Source: Kiritimatiellia bacterium
GTDB lineage: Bacteria > Verrucomicrobiota > Kiritimatiellia > RFP12 > JAAYLN01
Direction: 5' to 3'
Length of the DNA: 64,000 bases
Assembly (NCBI GenBank): GCA_045627605.1
Contig: JAZQOA010000139.1
Location: 32,680 to 96,679 of the forward strand
Position 1 is the stretch's first letter; each line of letters starts with the position of its first letter. The notes beneath the pieces were generated by a model. The model was not told the DNA's origin. It did no database searches and worked only from the letters and a program-made list of their open reading frames with translations. Shown piece by piece: positions 28,682 to 37,002 of the stretch. A program made the translations under genes and the position numbers.

Positions 28682-29749
28682 ATGAAAACAGACTTGGAAT
28701 TTTTGGAAAAGCTTATTCGCATCCCGTCCGTCTCGGCAGATGTCGCCGAGGTCAACCGGGCGGAGGAAGCCATGCGCGAGTATCTTGAGGCCCGCGGCGT
28801 CGCCTGCGTGATGGAGGAGTGCGAAGGTCGCAAGATCCTCTACGCCTCGACGCAGCCCGGCAAGGTGCAGGACTACATTCTCAACGCCCACCTCGACGTG
28901 GTGCCGGCCGAACCCTGGATGTTCGAGCCGCGCATCGACGGCGACATCATCTACGGGCGCGGCCCCGATGACTGCAAGGGGTGCGCCGTCGCGGTCGCCC
29001 AGGCGATTTGCGCACTGAACGGCAAGGCGAGCGTCGGCGCCATTTTCACCGCCGACGAGGAAATCGGCGGCCATACGACGGCCTACATGGTCAAGCTCGG
29101 CTATGCCGCCCGCAAACTCGTGGTGGTAGTCGACGGCGGCGAGTATTCGATCGTCTCCGCCGAAAAAGGCGTCCTCGACCTCGTTCTCAAAGGCAAGGGA
29201 CGCGCCGCGCACTCCTCGACCCCGTGGTGCGGCGCGAACGCGATCGACGACCTCCTTGACGGCTACGCCAAGCTTCGCGCCGCATGGCCGAAGAATGCGC
29301 CGGGGGAGGATGGCGACCCCTGGTTCGACACGATGTCGGCGGACATCATCAAGGGGGGCACGGCGCACAACAAGGTGCCCGACGAGGCCGAGCTCCTTGT
29401 CAACATCCGCTTCACGAAGCCCGGCGACGAGGACCGCATCGAGAAGTTCGTCCGCGACACGACGGGACTCGAGGTTGTCCGCGACAGCCTCAGCATTCCG
29501 GTTTTCTGCGACGAGAACACCCCGGCGATCCTCGAGATGCGCGACGCGATGCGCAGGGCGTGGCCCGACCACGAGATCAAGTTCATCCGCATGTGCGGCG
29601 CCACGGACGCCCGCCACTTCGCCCTCAACCCCGCGCCAATCGCGATTACCGGCATACACGGCGGCAATTGCCACACCAAGGACGAGTGGGCCTCGATCTC
29701 GCACATCGGAGAGACGGCCTCGATGTTCGTGGACTTCATGGGCAAGTAG
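28682..29749 (+). CDS. M20 family metallopeptidase (ArgE/DapE-like deacylase)
   Basis: I place the start at ATG 28682 (MKTDLEFLEKLIRIPSVS). Motifs are NAHLDVVP, GRGPDDCKG, ADEEIGG and GATDARH. Confidence 0.85.
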   Translation: MKTDLEFLEKLIRIPSVSADVAEVNRAEEAMREYLEARGVACVMEECEGRKILYASTQPGKVQDYILNAHLDVVPAEPWMFEPRIDGDIIYGRGPDDCKGCAVAVAQAICALNGKASVGAIFTADEEIGGHTTAYMVKLGYAARKLVVVVDGGEYSIVSAEKGVLDLVLKGKGRAAHSSTPWCGANAIDDLLDGYAKLRAAWPKNAPGEDGDPWFDTMSADIIKGGTAHNKVPDEAELLVNIRFTKPGDEDRIEKFVRDTTGLEVVRDSLSIPVFCDENTPAILEMRDAMRRAWPDHEIKFIRMCGATDARHFALNPAPIAITGIHGGNCHTKDEWASISHIGETASMFVDFMGK

Positions 29750-29966
29750 CGTCTGCCACGCCCCTAAACGATTCCGCGTCGATTTTGCCCCTCGGCTTCT
29801 CGCCTGGAAAGGATGGTGCCCGCTGGCCACGGCTTACGATCCTCTCGCGACGGCATCCGAGGCGGTTGGCACGGTGGATTTGCCCGCCGCGCCGGGGCAG
29901 CTCTTCCTGATTGAGATTGGCTCGCGTTAAGCTTGTCGTTTGTCACATATGTTCTAAGGCAAAATC

Positions 29967-30320
29967 TCACATCAATTCATGAAACAGGTTGCGTAGTAAC
30001 CAATACAGCAGAGTTGCGCTTAAAACGCATTTGCCAACAACGACATTTTTGCTGAATTTCGGCAGAATAATGAATAACACCATAAGCGGAATGGAAATGA
30101 TCATGAATGGATTCGTTTTCCAGGCCTCGGCACCCCTCAAGTGCATCAAATGGTGTAATCCACGAAGAGTTCCACATCCAGGGCATTTATAACCTGTCAA
30201 AGCATAGAAAGGACATTTTGGAAACCATGTTATATCGGCTGGATTAAAACAATACAAGAAAACCAACCCCACGGTGCTGACGATTGATACCGTCAGCACC
30301 CATAGAAGCATTCTTCGCAT
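29967..30320 (-). CDS. DUF2752 domain-containing membrane protein
   Basis: CPFYALTGYKCPGCGTLRG motif plus hydrophobic spans. Last gene of the AT-richer four-gene minus-strand cluster. Confidence 0.7.
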   Translation of the reverse strand: MRRMLLWVLTVSIVSTVGLVFLYCFNPADITWFPKCPFYALTGYKCPGCGTLRGLHHLMHLRGAEAWKTNPFMIISIPLMVLFIILPKFSKNVVVGKCVLSATLLYWLLRNLFHELM

Positions 30321-30324
30321 AGGA

Positions 30325-30684
30325 TTAATTTGCGGTCATGCCAATGGCAAAAATGGCAGAATAAGCAAGGAAGGTGATGGCACCCATAACAATGCCGAAC
30401 CAGGCCCTGCCGATGCCAAGCTTGTCGGGATGTTTTTTGATGTCCTTGACCGCGACAATGCCAAGGATAATTGCGATGATTCCAACGAAAGGAAGCACCG
30501 AGAACAACCCCATGTAGCCTGCTGCGATTGCCCAGCCTGAACGGCCAATAGGAACCAGCATCTTTATGGCGTCATTTGTCCCTATCGTATCAACATGTGG
30601 TTTTGCTATGGTTGTCGCAACTCCACATTTCACACAGACAACGGCCTCGTCTGCAATCTGCGCTCCACAATGTTGGCAAAACAT
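30325..30684 (-). CDS. zinc-ribbon + DUF4190-like membrane protein
   Basis: N-terminal CxxC...CxxC ribbon (MFCQHCGAQIADEAVVCVKCG) followed by two hydrophobic spans (GLFSVLPFVGIIAIILGIVAV..., WFGIVMGAITFLAYSAIFAI). It ends 4 nt before the next gene. Confidence 0.7.
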   Translation of the reverse strand: MFCQHCGAQIADEAVVCVKCGVATTIAKPHVDTIGTNDAIKMLVPIGRSGWAIAAGYMGLFSVLPFVGIIAIILGIVAVKDIKKHPDKLGIGRAWFGIVMGAITFLAYSAIFAIGMTAN

Positions 30685-30698
30685 GTTTCAACTCCTTG

Positions 30699-31487
30699 TT
30701 ATTCCATTCCAAGCATGGTAGCGCCAACGTAAATTATACCCGCAATAGCTCCGACAATGACACTTGCTATGATCCAGCCAATCGCCTTCTTGGATGCGGA
30801 TTTTGCACCTTCGATGTCGCCTTGTGCTAGTTTGGTGTTGACTTGCGAGGCATAGACTATTGCGACAATGCCGAAAGGCACGCAACAAATGACGGTTGTG
30901 AGGATCGCCTCCACCATGTGGTTTTTTACCATGGCGTTTGCGGCAGGATACTTACCCGCAACTGGAACACCACATTTTGTGCAGACGACAGCAGCGTCCG
31001 CAATTTGATTCCCGCAGTTTTTGCAGAACATGATTTCCCTTTCTTGTTTAGGACCATCCCGGTTTTCGCCTGTCCCGTTTCCCAACGTCAGCCGAGACGT
31101 TTCCGGGGCAGTTGAAATTGTTTCATCAATTTGAATCTTATCCGTTTTCACAACGGAAGATTCGTTTTCAAAAGAGCGGCTATCCCGATCATTGTAGGTT
31201 TCCGCGCCGCTGGCATTTTGCCGACGGCTACCACATTTGGGGCAGAACAGGACATTGTCTTCCAACCTTGCCCCGCATTTCCCGCAATACGTCCCGTTTT
31301 GAGGCATCCGGGGCTCAGGTTGGATGACGATTTGCGGCCTTGCCGCGATGTCTTCGAATTCCCCAGCGAGGCTTTCCACCTTGAGGTGTCCCTTGCAAGT
31401 CGGGCACACGCAAGTGTCATGCGCCATCGAAGCTGGCACTTCCAAAGGTTGCCCGCAATGGGGGCAGTTGACTTTTAACGAGTTCAT
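30699..31487 (-). CDS. triple zinc-ribbon protein with CD225/dispanin-like membrane domain
   Basis: Three ribbons (CPHCG...CPTCK, CGKCG...CPKCG, CKNCG...CTKCG), then CCVPFGIVAIVYASQVN...GD...A, a CD225-like motif. Confidence 0.7.
   Translation of the reverse strand: MNSLKVNCPHCGQPLEVPASMAHDTCVCPTCKGHLKVESLAGEFEDIAARPQIVIQPEPRMPQNGTYCGKCGARLEDNVLFCPKCGSRRQNASGAETYNDRDSRSFENESSVVKTDKIQIDETISTAPETSRLTLGNGTGENRDGPKQEREIMFCKNCGNQIADAAVVCTKCGVPVAGKYPAANAMVKNHMVEAILTTVICCVPFGIVAIVYASQVNTKLAQGDIEGAKSASKKAIGWIIASVIVGAIAGIIYVGATMLGME
31159..31487. repeat. duplicated DNA blocks, copy A (partners in 31930..32282)
   Basis: Block 31159-31285 matches block 31930-32056, and block 31391-31487 matches 32186-32282. 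Both pairs are near-identical by eye, for example GATTCGTTTTCAAAAGAG...TTCCGCGCCGCTGGCATTTTGCCGACGGCTACCACATTTGG. Confidence 0.7.
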
Positions 31488-31583
31488 GATTTTCCTTCCG
31501 TGTGGGGGGGGCGTTGATGATGCTTGTTGTGAAAGTTTGTCTGGAAGTTGCGTTCTTGACCGCGAGACAGCAAATGCAACACT

Positions 31584-32288
31584 CTAACGGTCTGGGTAGG
31601 TGATTAAAAAAAAGAAAAACCAGATAAACAGGAAGCACCAGATTATTGCTGGATCGTATCTTTTTGTGTATCTTGAGGCGCGGGAAAATAAGTAGACTGC
31701 AGTAAGTACAGTCTCAATTTTCCAGCCTTTCTTTTCTATGGTTGTTTTGTCGAAATGTTTGAATACACTAGTAAGAATAAGATAAATCAACATAATCAGC
31801 CGTCTCCCGCAGGAGGGAAATTCAGCATAGATGAGTGATGCTGCAACAGAGGGGATTACAGCTAAACACCATGCCCACTTCTCGCAAATTTCGTCTTCCT
31901 GTTTGGGTGCATGACTTTTGAAAACAGGAGATTCGTTTTCAAAAGAGAGACCATCCCGATCATTGCGGTCTTCCGCGCCGCTGGCATTTTGCCGACGGCT
32001 ACCACATTTGGTGCAGAACAGGGCGTTGTCTTCCAATCTTGTCCCGCATTTTGTGCAAAATGACTGTTCTGATTTAGCCGAATTGTTTTCATTTGATTGA
32101 GATTGCTGCGTCTGCGATTGTGTAATTTCGGGATTGTTCGCGTCGCCTTTAATTTCCCCGGCAAGACTTGCCATCTCAATTAGGCCTTTGCAAGTCGGGC
32201 ACACGCAAGTACTGTGTGCCATGGAAACTGGCACTTCCAGAGGTTGCCCACAATGCGGGCAGTTGACTTTGAATGAGTTCATCTTCAT
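31584..32288 (-). CDS. double zinc-ribbon membrane protein, N-terminal paralog of 30699..31487
   Basis: It shares the MNS(F/L)KVNCPHCGQPLEVP.SMAH.TCVCPTCKG and C..CG.RLEDN.LFC.KCGSRRQNASGAE modules with its neighbour. The hydrophobic C-terminus is unrelated. By homology the start may be ATG 32282. Confidence 0.6.
   Translation of the reverse strand: MKMNSFKVNCPHCGQPLEVPVSMAHSTCVCPTCKGLIEMASLAGEIKGDANNPEITQSQTQQSQSNENNSAKSEQSFCTKCGTRLEDNALFCTKCGSRRQNASGAEDRNDRDGLSFENESPVFKSHAPKQEDEICEKWAWCLAVIPSVAASLIYAEFPSCGRRLIMLIYLILTSVFKHFDKTTIEKKGWKIETVLTAVYLFSRASRYTKRYDPAIIWCFLFIWFFFFLITYPDR
31930..32282. repeat. duplicated DNA blocks, copy B (partners in 31159..31487)
   Basis: See copy A. Between the two conserved blocks the spacer differs in sequence and length. 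Confidence 0.7.
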
Positions 32289-32670
32289 CTCTTTTCACGT
32301 CAAACTTGTTGAGGCTTGCCGCTCAGACGCGAAAATGAGAGTGGCGCACCTTCAGTACATGTCTTAGAAGAGGCACCGCCAAGCGCCCAAAGCAAAACAT
32401 GAAAAGAAAGTACGCCACGTGACTACATCACGTGACGCAACCTTCGTATCAGCTTTGCTTTTGAAATTTGGCGGTTTCTTCTAAAGCTAAATACGCTGTT
32501 GCGTACGTACCCCGACATCCGCCGGGGATTTCACCGGGGCATTATCATACTTCCCCGGTGTCTGTAGGCGAGTCGAGACCCGCCATTTTGAAAAGAACTC
32601 CGTGCCTACAAATTGCAGACACGAAATAATGATACGGAAAAAACGACGGGAAGTCAAATGTCAGCCTCCT

Positions 32671-32694
32671 GGCAACTTCGCAGTTGCCTTTTTT
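32671..32694 (+). terminator. orphan rho-independent terminator-like hairpin on + strand
   Basis: GGCAACT-TCGC-AGTTGCC followed by TTTTTT. There is no T-run in the minus-strand reading. No annotated + strand gene lies upstream. Confidence 0.4.
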
Positions 32695-32950
32695 CAGAGA
32701 GGAATGGTACTATTTTGCGGTGTTGGCAAATTTGGAATTGAAATCGAAAAACGTCAGTCGGAGGTTTGATGTACATTTCCCAGTTCATGGATCGGCTGTT
32801 GGTTAATGCGGTCAAGACGGGCGATGATGAGAATGCCGCGTGCTGTTCGTTGTTGCGGCGATGGGACTGACGGCGGCTCTGCCAGGGACGGCGGTTGCGG
32901 CGTTCGATTCGAATGAGTATATTCAGCTTGAGTATATCGGCACCACGGCG

Positions 32951-35900
32951 TCAATCCTCACCAAACTCCTCATCCAGCACAACTTCGAACTCTTTTACCC
33001 CTTCGGCCTCGACCTCGTCGGGATCAGCCACGGGAAGCTCGGCGAGATACATGAGCCCCACGATCTTCATGCACGATTCCGGCGAAAGCACACGCAGGAA
33101 CCGCAGCTCTTCCCGGAAGGCCTGCGTCTGCGGAAACATTTGCTCGTAGGCAAGCCTGGCCCTCTCGCCCCCATTGCCGAAGTCCTGGAGACGCTCAAGG
33201 ACGACTCCTTGGTTCTTCTTCCGCCACGCGCGGAAGTCCTCGGGGTTGAACCTCTTCCCCTCCGCCCTGGCAAGAGATTCCATGAAGGCGTTTAATTTGG
33301 CATTCCTCTCGGCATTGGGAACGAAAACATACCCCTTGACCCTCGACCAGCGACGGTAAAACTCATTTTCGTCGTCGATCTGCTCGAAGCACGTCTGGCT
33401 GACTTGGCGCAAATCCGAACCGCCCAAAGTCCAGTTGCGCTCAAGCGTCCAGTCAAAATAGTCATCCCATGTGATGAACGACTGGTCGTCGAACATCGAG
33501 GTGTAGAGCTCGGTCGGGAGCTTGCTGCTCAACTTGCCGTCATTGACCGTAACGGAGACCGCATTCCCGTCGAATCGGCAGCTGAAGCGGACGTCAAGCT
33601 GCTGGTAGTTGTCCGTCGTCGAGAGCGGAATTTGCTCGCTCGCCAGCGCACAGCAGTTGTCGAGGGGCATGGCGGTGATTTTTCGCCTCGTCGCCGTCCC
33701 CATCGCCTCCTTGCGCAACTTGAAGTGGAACGCATAGTCCCCGTTCTCGCCTTTGCCGATTTCAAAGCCCCATGTGCGCACGCCGTTCAGCTCTTCGCCG
33801 GCTTCGTTCTTCTCCTCGCCGAAGTACAAGCCATTCGGCGAGACGAAGCGCGTCTCATTGCGCTGCATGTCGGCCCCCTGCAACACCGTCCACAGGGCCA
33901 GGCGGAGTCCTTTCTCATCGACAACGCCGTCGGTCGTGAACGCGGCCCGCAAAGCAAGCTTCAGCTCCGCGGACGTCCCCGCGAAGGGATGCCCCTCCTC
34001 GTTGATCACCTGGCCTCCGGCTTTCAGCCCCATGCCCCGGCGCAACTCGTCATAGACGGACGCGAAATCCTTCTCGACATCCCCCGCCAGGGTGCCATCC
34101 GGCGGCGTCATCTCGGCCACGAACCGGTCCTTCTGCTGCATGCCGAAGGCGCTGACGTGTTCGTCCTCCCCGAACGCGAACGGATCCGTGAGCCCCCTGT
34201 TCACGGCCTTGATGATTCGATTGAGGTCGCGGATGCCGTTGACAATGCCGCCCCAGGTTTCGCCAGGCGCCTGAATCTTTTGGTGTAGGCGGTACACCCG
34301 GTCGTAAATGCGTTTCCGATCCTCCTCGCTCTTCGGGTCGTTCTTGTCGAAGGCGGGATGGTCCTTGAGGTGATCGAGAAAGGCATCGGCGTTGTCCAGC
34401 TGATAGTCGCGGTATTCGCGCATGATGAAATCCAAATCAGTCGCCCGGTTCCTCCGAAGGGCGATCAATGACATCTCGTCATACAGGTCCCCGCGTCTTT
34501 TTGCGCCTTTTTCGTCGTTCATGCAGAATGCGGAATCGTCAAGCAGGGCATCGCGAAATTCGACGAAGACTTCCTCGAATTCATGCGTCGGCCGGAAGCC
34601 GACAAACACCTTCGCATATTCCGGGAGCTTCAGCAGGTCGTACTCCCGCGAAAGTCTGGTCAGCTCGCCCTTGAGGAAGCGGCACCGCTTCATGAGGGGA
34701 TCCGGCGACAATTCAGTTGTGCGAACCCATGCGCTGTGGCGCTCGAGGCGCACGAACAAGTCTTCCAGTCGCCGTGCCGCCGTCGCGTCCATCTTCCAGT
34801 CGCCGAAGCCCCCTTCGTCCATCCGCTGGCGTTCGAGTCCGAACGCGGCGCAGACCAGATTCCGAACCACGATGGCGAGTCGCCGGCATTCCTCCGTTGT
34901 CAAGTGGGGACGCCGCCCCAGCTCGTTCTCCATCATGCGCCCGACGGCAGTGCCGATGACATCGTTCAACTGCTCAATCTCATCGTCTCTAAGTCCGGCG
35001 AACGGCGGCTGGTCCTGGAGAAGCGCCACGATTTCGTCCACAACGGCGCGTTCCGCCTTGCGGACAAGCGCCGCGCTCTCCCGCACATCGGGCTTCGCGA
35101 CGAGCCTTTCGGTGGCCTTCGCCCTGGAGGGCAAGTCGCCCGCCTCCTCTTCCGGCGGAAGCGGATTTTCCCCGTCGGCACCCCCGGCGAGGTGCGCGAG
35201 AACATTGCCGTTCGCCCTGTTGAAGTCATCGATCTTCCGGTCAATTGTCTCCCCGATGGCCTCGCGCTTGTCCTCGTCGGTCGTCTCGCGGAACCTGTCG
35301 ACAAGACCGGCGACCTCGCCGTACAACTCGTTTCGGTCCTCCTGCGCCTCCTCGCCGTCCAGATGGGAAATGTCCTCGTTGGCGAGACCATCCCGGAAGT
35401 CGAGGTAGCGCGCCTCGCGTTCGCTCAGGGGGTATGCGTCCGGGCACACGCGATCGTACTTCGCCAGCTCCAGCAGGTCGTACCGCCAGGACGCCGTCTC
35501 AAGGATGTTCCTGAGGAAGGCACAGCGGGCGGCCTGTGTATCGCCGCACCTCGCCGGACCCTCGCCCGCCTTTGCCGAGCGCACCCACGCGCCATAGTGC
35601 GCGAAAGTCGAGAAGATGGTTTCGAGCCGATTGGCTTCCACTGCGTCCAGCTGCGGGGACGCCCCCGCGCGGACCGGCTCGCGCGCGAGTCCGAACGTGG
35701 CGAGGACAAGGTTCCTGACCATGAACGACAAACGCCCGCGCTCCGCATCGTCCATTTGGGGATGTTTTTCCAGCCCTTCGGCCATCATGTGTTCGACGGT
35801 GAGCCTGACGAACCCCTCCCAGTCGGTGGATTTGTCCTTCCTGATTTCCTTGAAAAGGGCCTGTCCCTGCAGCGCGGCAAAGACCTCCTTCGCGATGGCA

Positions 35901-36430
35901 TCGCCCGCCTGACGGACCCCGACCGCGCTTTTCGTGGCGGTGACCGCGAGGTTGGCCGTCTGGTTCTCGGCCCGCACCGTCGCGAAGTCCGTCTTGCGCT
36001 TCTTGCTGCTATAGCCCTTGATGTCCACGCCAGCGAGCGCGTGTTCCCAGATGTCCTTGTCGATTCGCTGGACGACCTTCGCGACGACCTTGCGGTCCAA
36101 AAGGTCCTTCGGCATCGCGCCGTCGGGCCCGACGCCGAGCATTTCGCGGATCTCGTCCAGGGTCTCCTTGCACGGACTCTTCTGTCTGGCGATTTCGAGC
36201 AGCGTCTTGCGCAGCTGTGTCGTCGCCTCCAGCTGGGCGGCGATATCCCACCCCTTCCCTGACGTGCCGAAGTGGGTGTTGTACTTGATGACGCGGGTGC
36301 GCCCCTGGGCGTCCTTGATCAGCCCCATGTTCCCACGGCCGCCCTCGGTTTTCTCGCTGGAGCCATAGGCCATGCGCGCGATTTCGTTTAGCGTCCACGC
36401 GGTCTGGTCGAGTTCAATCGGTCTGCTCAT
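32951..36430 (-). CDS. large hypothetical protein (1159 aa) with internal tandem duplication; candidate secreted effector
   Basis: Long uninterrupted ORF with normal amino-acid composition, unlike the Arg/Pro/Gly-rich + strand shadow ORFs. I recognise no motif in it. Confidence 0.75.
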   Translation of the reverse strand: MSRPIELDQTAWTLNEIARMAYGSSEKTEGGRGNMGLIKDAQGRTRVIKYNTHFGTSGKGWDIAAQLEATTQLRKTLLEIARQKSPCKETLDEIREMLGVGPDGAMPKDLLDRKVVAKVVQRIDKDIWEHALAGVDIKGYSSKKRKTDFATVRAENQTANLAVTATKSAVGVRQAGDAIAKEVFAALQGQALFKEIRKDKSTDWEGFVRLTVEHMMAEGLEKHPQMDDAERGRLSFMVRNLVLATFGLAREPVRAGASPQLDAVEANRLETIFSTFAHYGAWVRSAKAGEGPARCGDTQAARCAFLRNILETASWRYDLLELAKYDRVCPDAYPLSEREARYLDFRDGLANEDISHLDGEEAQEDRNELYGEVAGLVDRFRETTDEDKREAIGETIDRKIDDFNRANGNVLAHLAGGADGENPLPPEEEAGDLPSRAKATERLVAKPDVRESAALVRKAERAVVDEIVALLQDQPPFAGLRDDEIEQLNDVIGTAVGRMMENELGRRPHLTTEECRRLAIVVRNLVCAAFGLERQRMDEGGFGDWKMDATAARRLEDLFVRLERHSAWVRTTELSPDPLMKRCRFLKGELTRLSREYDLLKLPEYAKVFVGFRPTHEFEEVFVEFRDALLDDSAFCMNDEKGAKRRGDLYDEMSLIALRRNRATDLDFIMREYRDYQLDNADAFLDHLKDHPAFDKNDPKSEEDRKRIYDRVYRLHQKIQAPGETWGGIVNGIRDLNRIIKAVNRGLTDPFAFGEDEHVSAFGMQQKDRFVAEMTPPDGTLAGDVEKDFASVYDELRRGMGLKAGGQVINEEGHPFAGTSAELKLALRAAFTTDGVVDEKGLRLALWTVLQGADMQRNETRFVSPNGLYFGEEKNEAGEELNGVRTWGFEIGKGENGDYAFHFKLRKEAMGTATRRKITAMPLDNCCALASEQIPLSTTDNYQQLDVRFSCRFDGNAVSVTVNDGKLSSKLPTELYTSMFDDQSFITWDDYFDWTLERNWTLGGSDLRQVSQTCFEQIDDENEFYRRWSRVKGYVFVPNAERNAKLNAFMESLARAEGKRFNPEDFRAWRKKNQGVVLERLQDFGNGGERARLAYEQMFPQTQAFREELRFLRVLSPESCMKIVGLMYLAELPVADPDEVEAEGVKEFEVVLDEEFGED
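34451..35908 (-). repeat. in-frame tandem duplication (~205 aa x2, diverged) inside the 1159-aa gene
   Basis: Residues ~175-380 (nt 35291-35908) align with residues ~455-660 (nt 34451-35068). Matching pairs are RLSFMVRNLVLATFGLAREP / RLAIVVRNLVCAAFGLERQR, AWVRS / AWVRT, YDLLELAKYDRV / YDLLKLPEYAKV and ELYGEVAGLV / DLYDEMSLIA. Confidence 0.65.
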
Positions 36431-37002
36431 CTACAGGAAAGTCCTTTCTCCGGCAACCGCCCGGCGCCAGACTTAGACATTGGCCTCATGGGCGAGGTTG
36501 AAGACCGCTTCTTGCCGGAGTGCTCATCCGGCAACTCCGCTCCATCTGGCATCTGCGCCCGCAATGAAATTGTTCATCATTCCCCCAAGTGCACTGATGT
36601 CCAATTATATCAAACGCCGTTGTCCCATGCCAATAAAACTTCCAAGTCGGAAGAATTGGAAAGGATTGAATTTTAATTCGCAATTGCAAACCCCGGTGGG
36701 CGGCGGGCAGGGGGCTGCCCGCCCTGCCGCCCACGCGCCGGCGCAACAGGACGCAACAACCGCGCGGGACGCGCGGTCCCCCGGAACGCCCATTTGGCAT
36801 ACCTGGAGCGAGGGGCGCGTCCACGGTCTTGTTTTTGCTTGCGCGTAAGCCGGCGGTGTGCCATAATTGTTGCGTCATCTGGGCATGGCCGTCGGCCGGG
36901 TGGCCGCAACGGTGCCTCTTTTTTACAGGCGACATTTGCAATGCCGGCGGCCGATGCTCGCGAGGGCGTCGGCCGGGGCAATCACCTCTTTTGACTAATC
37001 AC

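Noticed and set aside
28271-29830. 519-aa minus-strand ORF over the TIGR04076-like and M20 genes
   Set aside because: It is a shadow ORF. The + strand genes have RBSs and M20 metal-binding motifs.
36486-36994. ORFs in the 36.4-37.0 kb intergenic region (36486..36941-, 36673..36981-, the 36829 extension of the 37003 gene)
   Set aside because: They are Arg/Pro/Gly-rich translations of GC hairpin DNA. I looked here for a chaperone-like gene next to the 1159-aa gene and found none.
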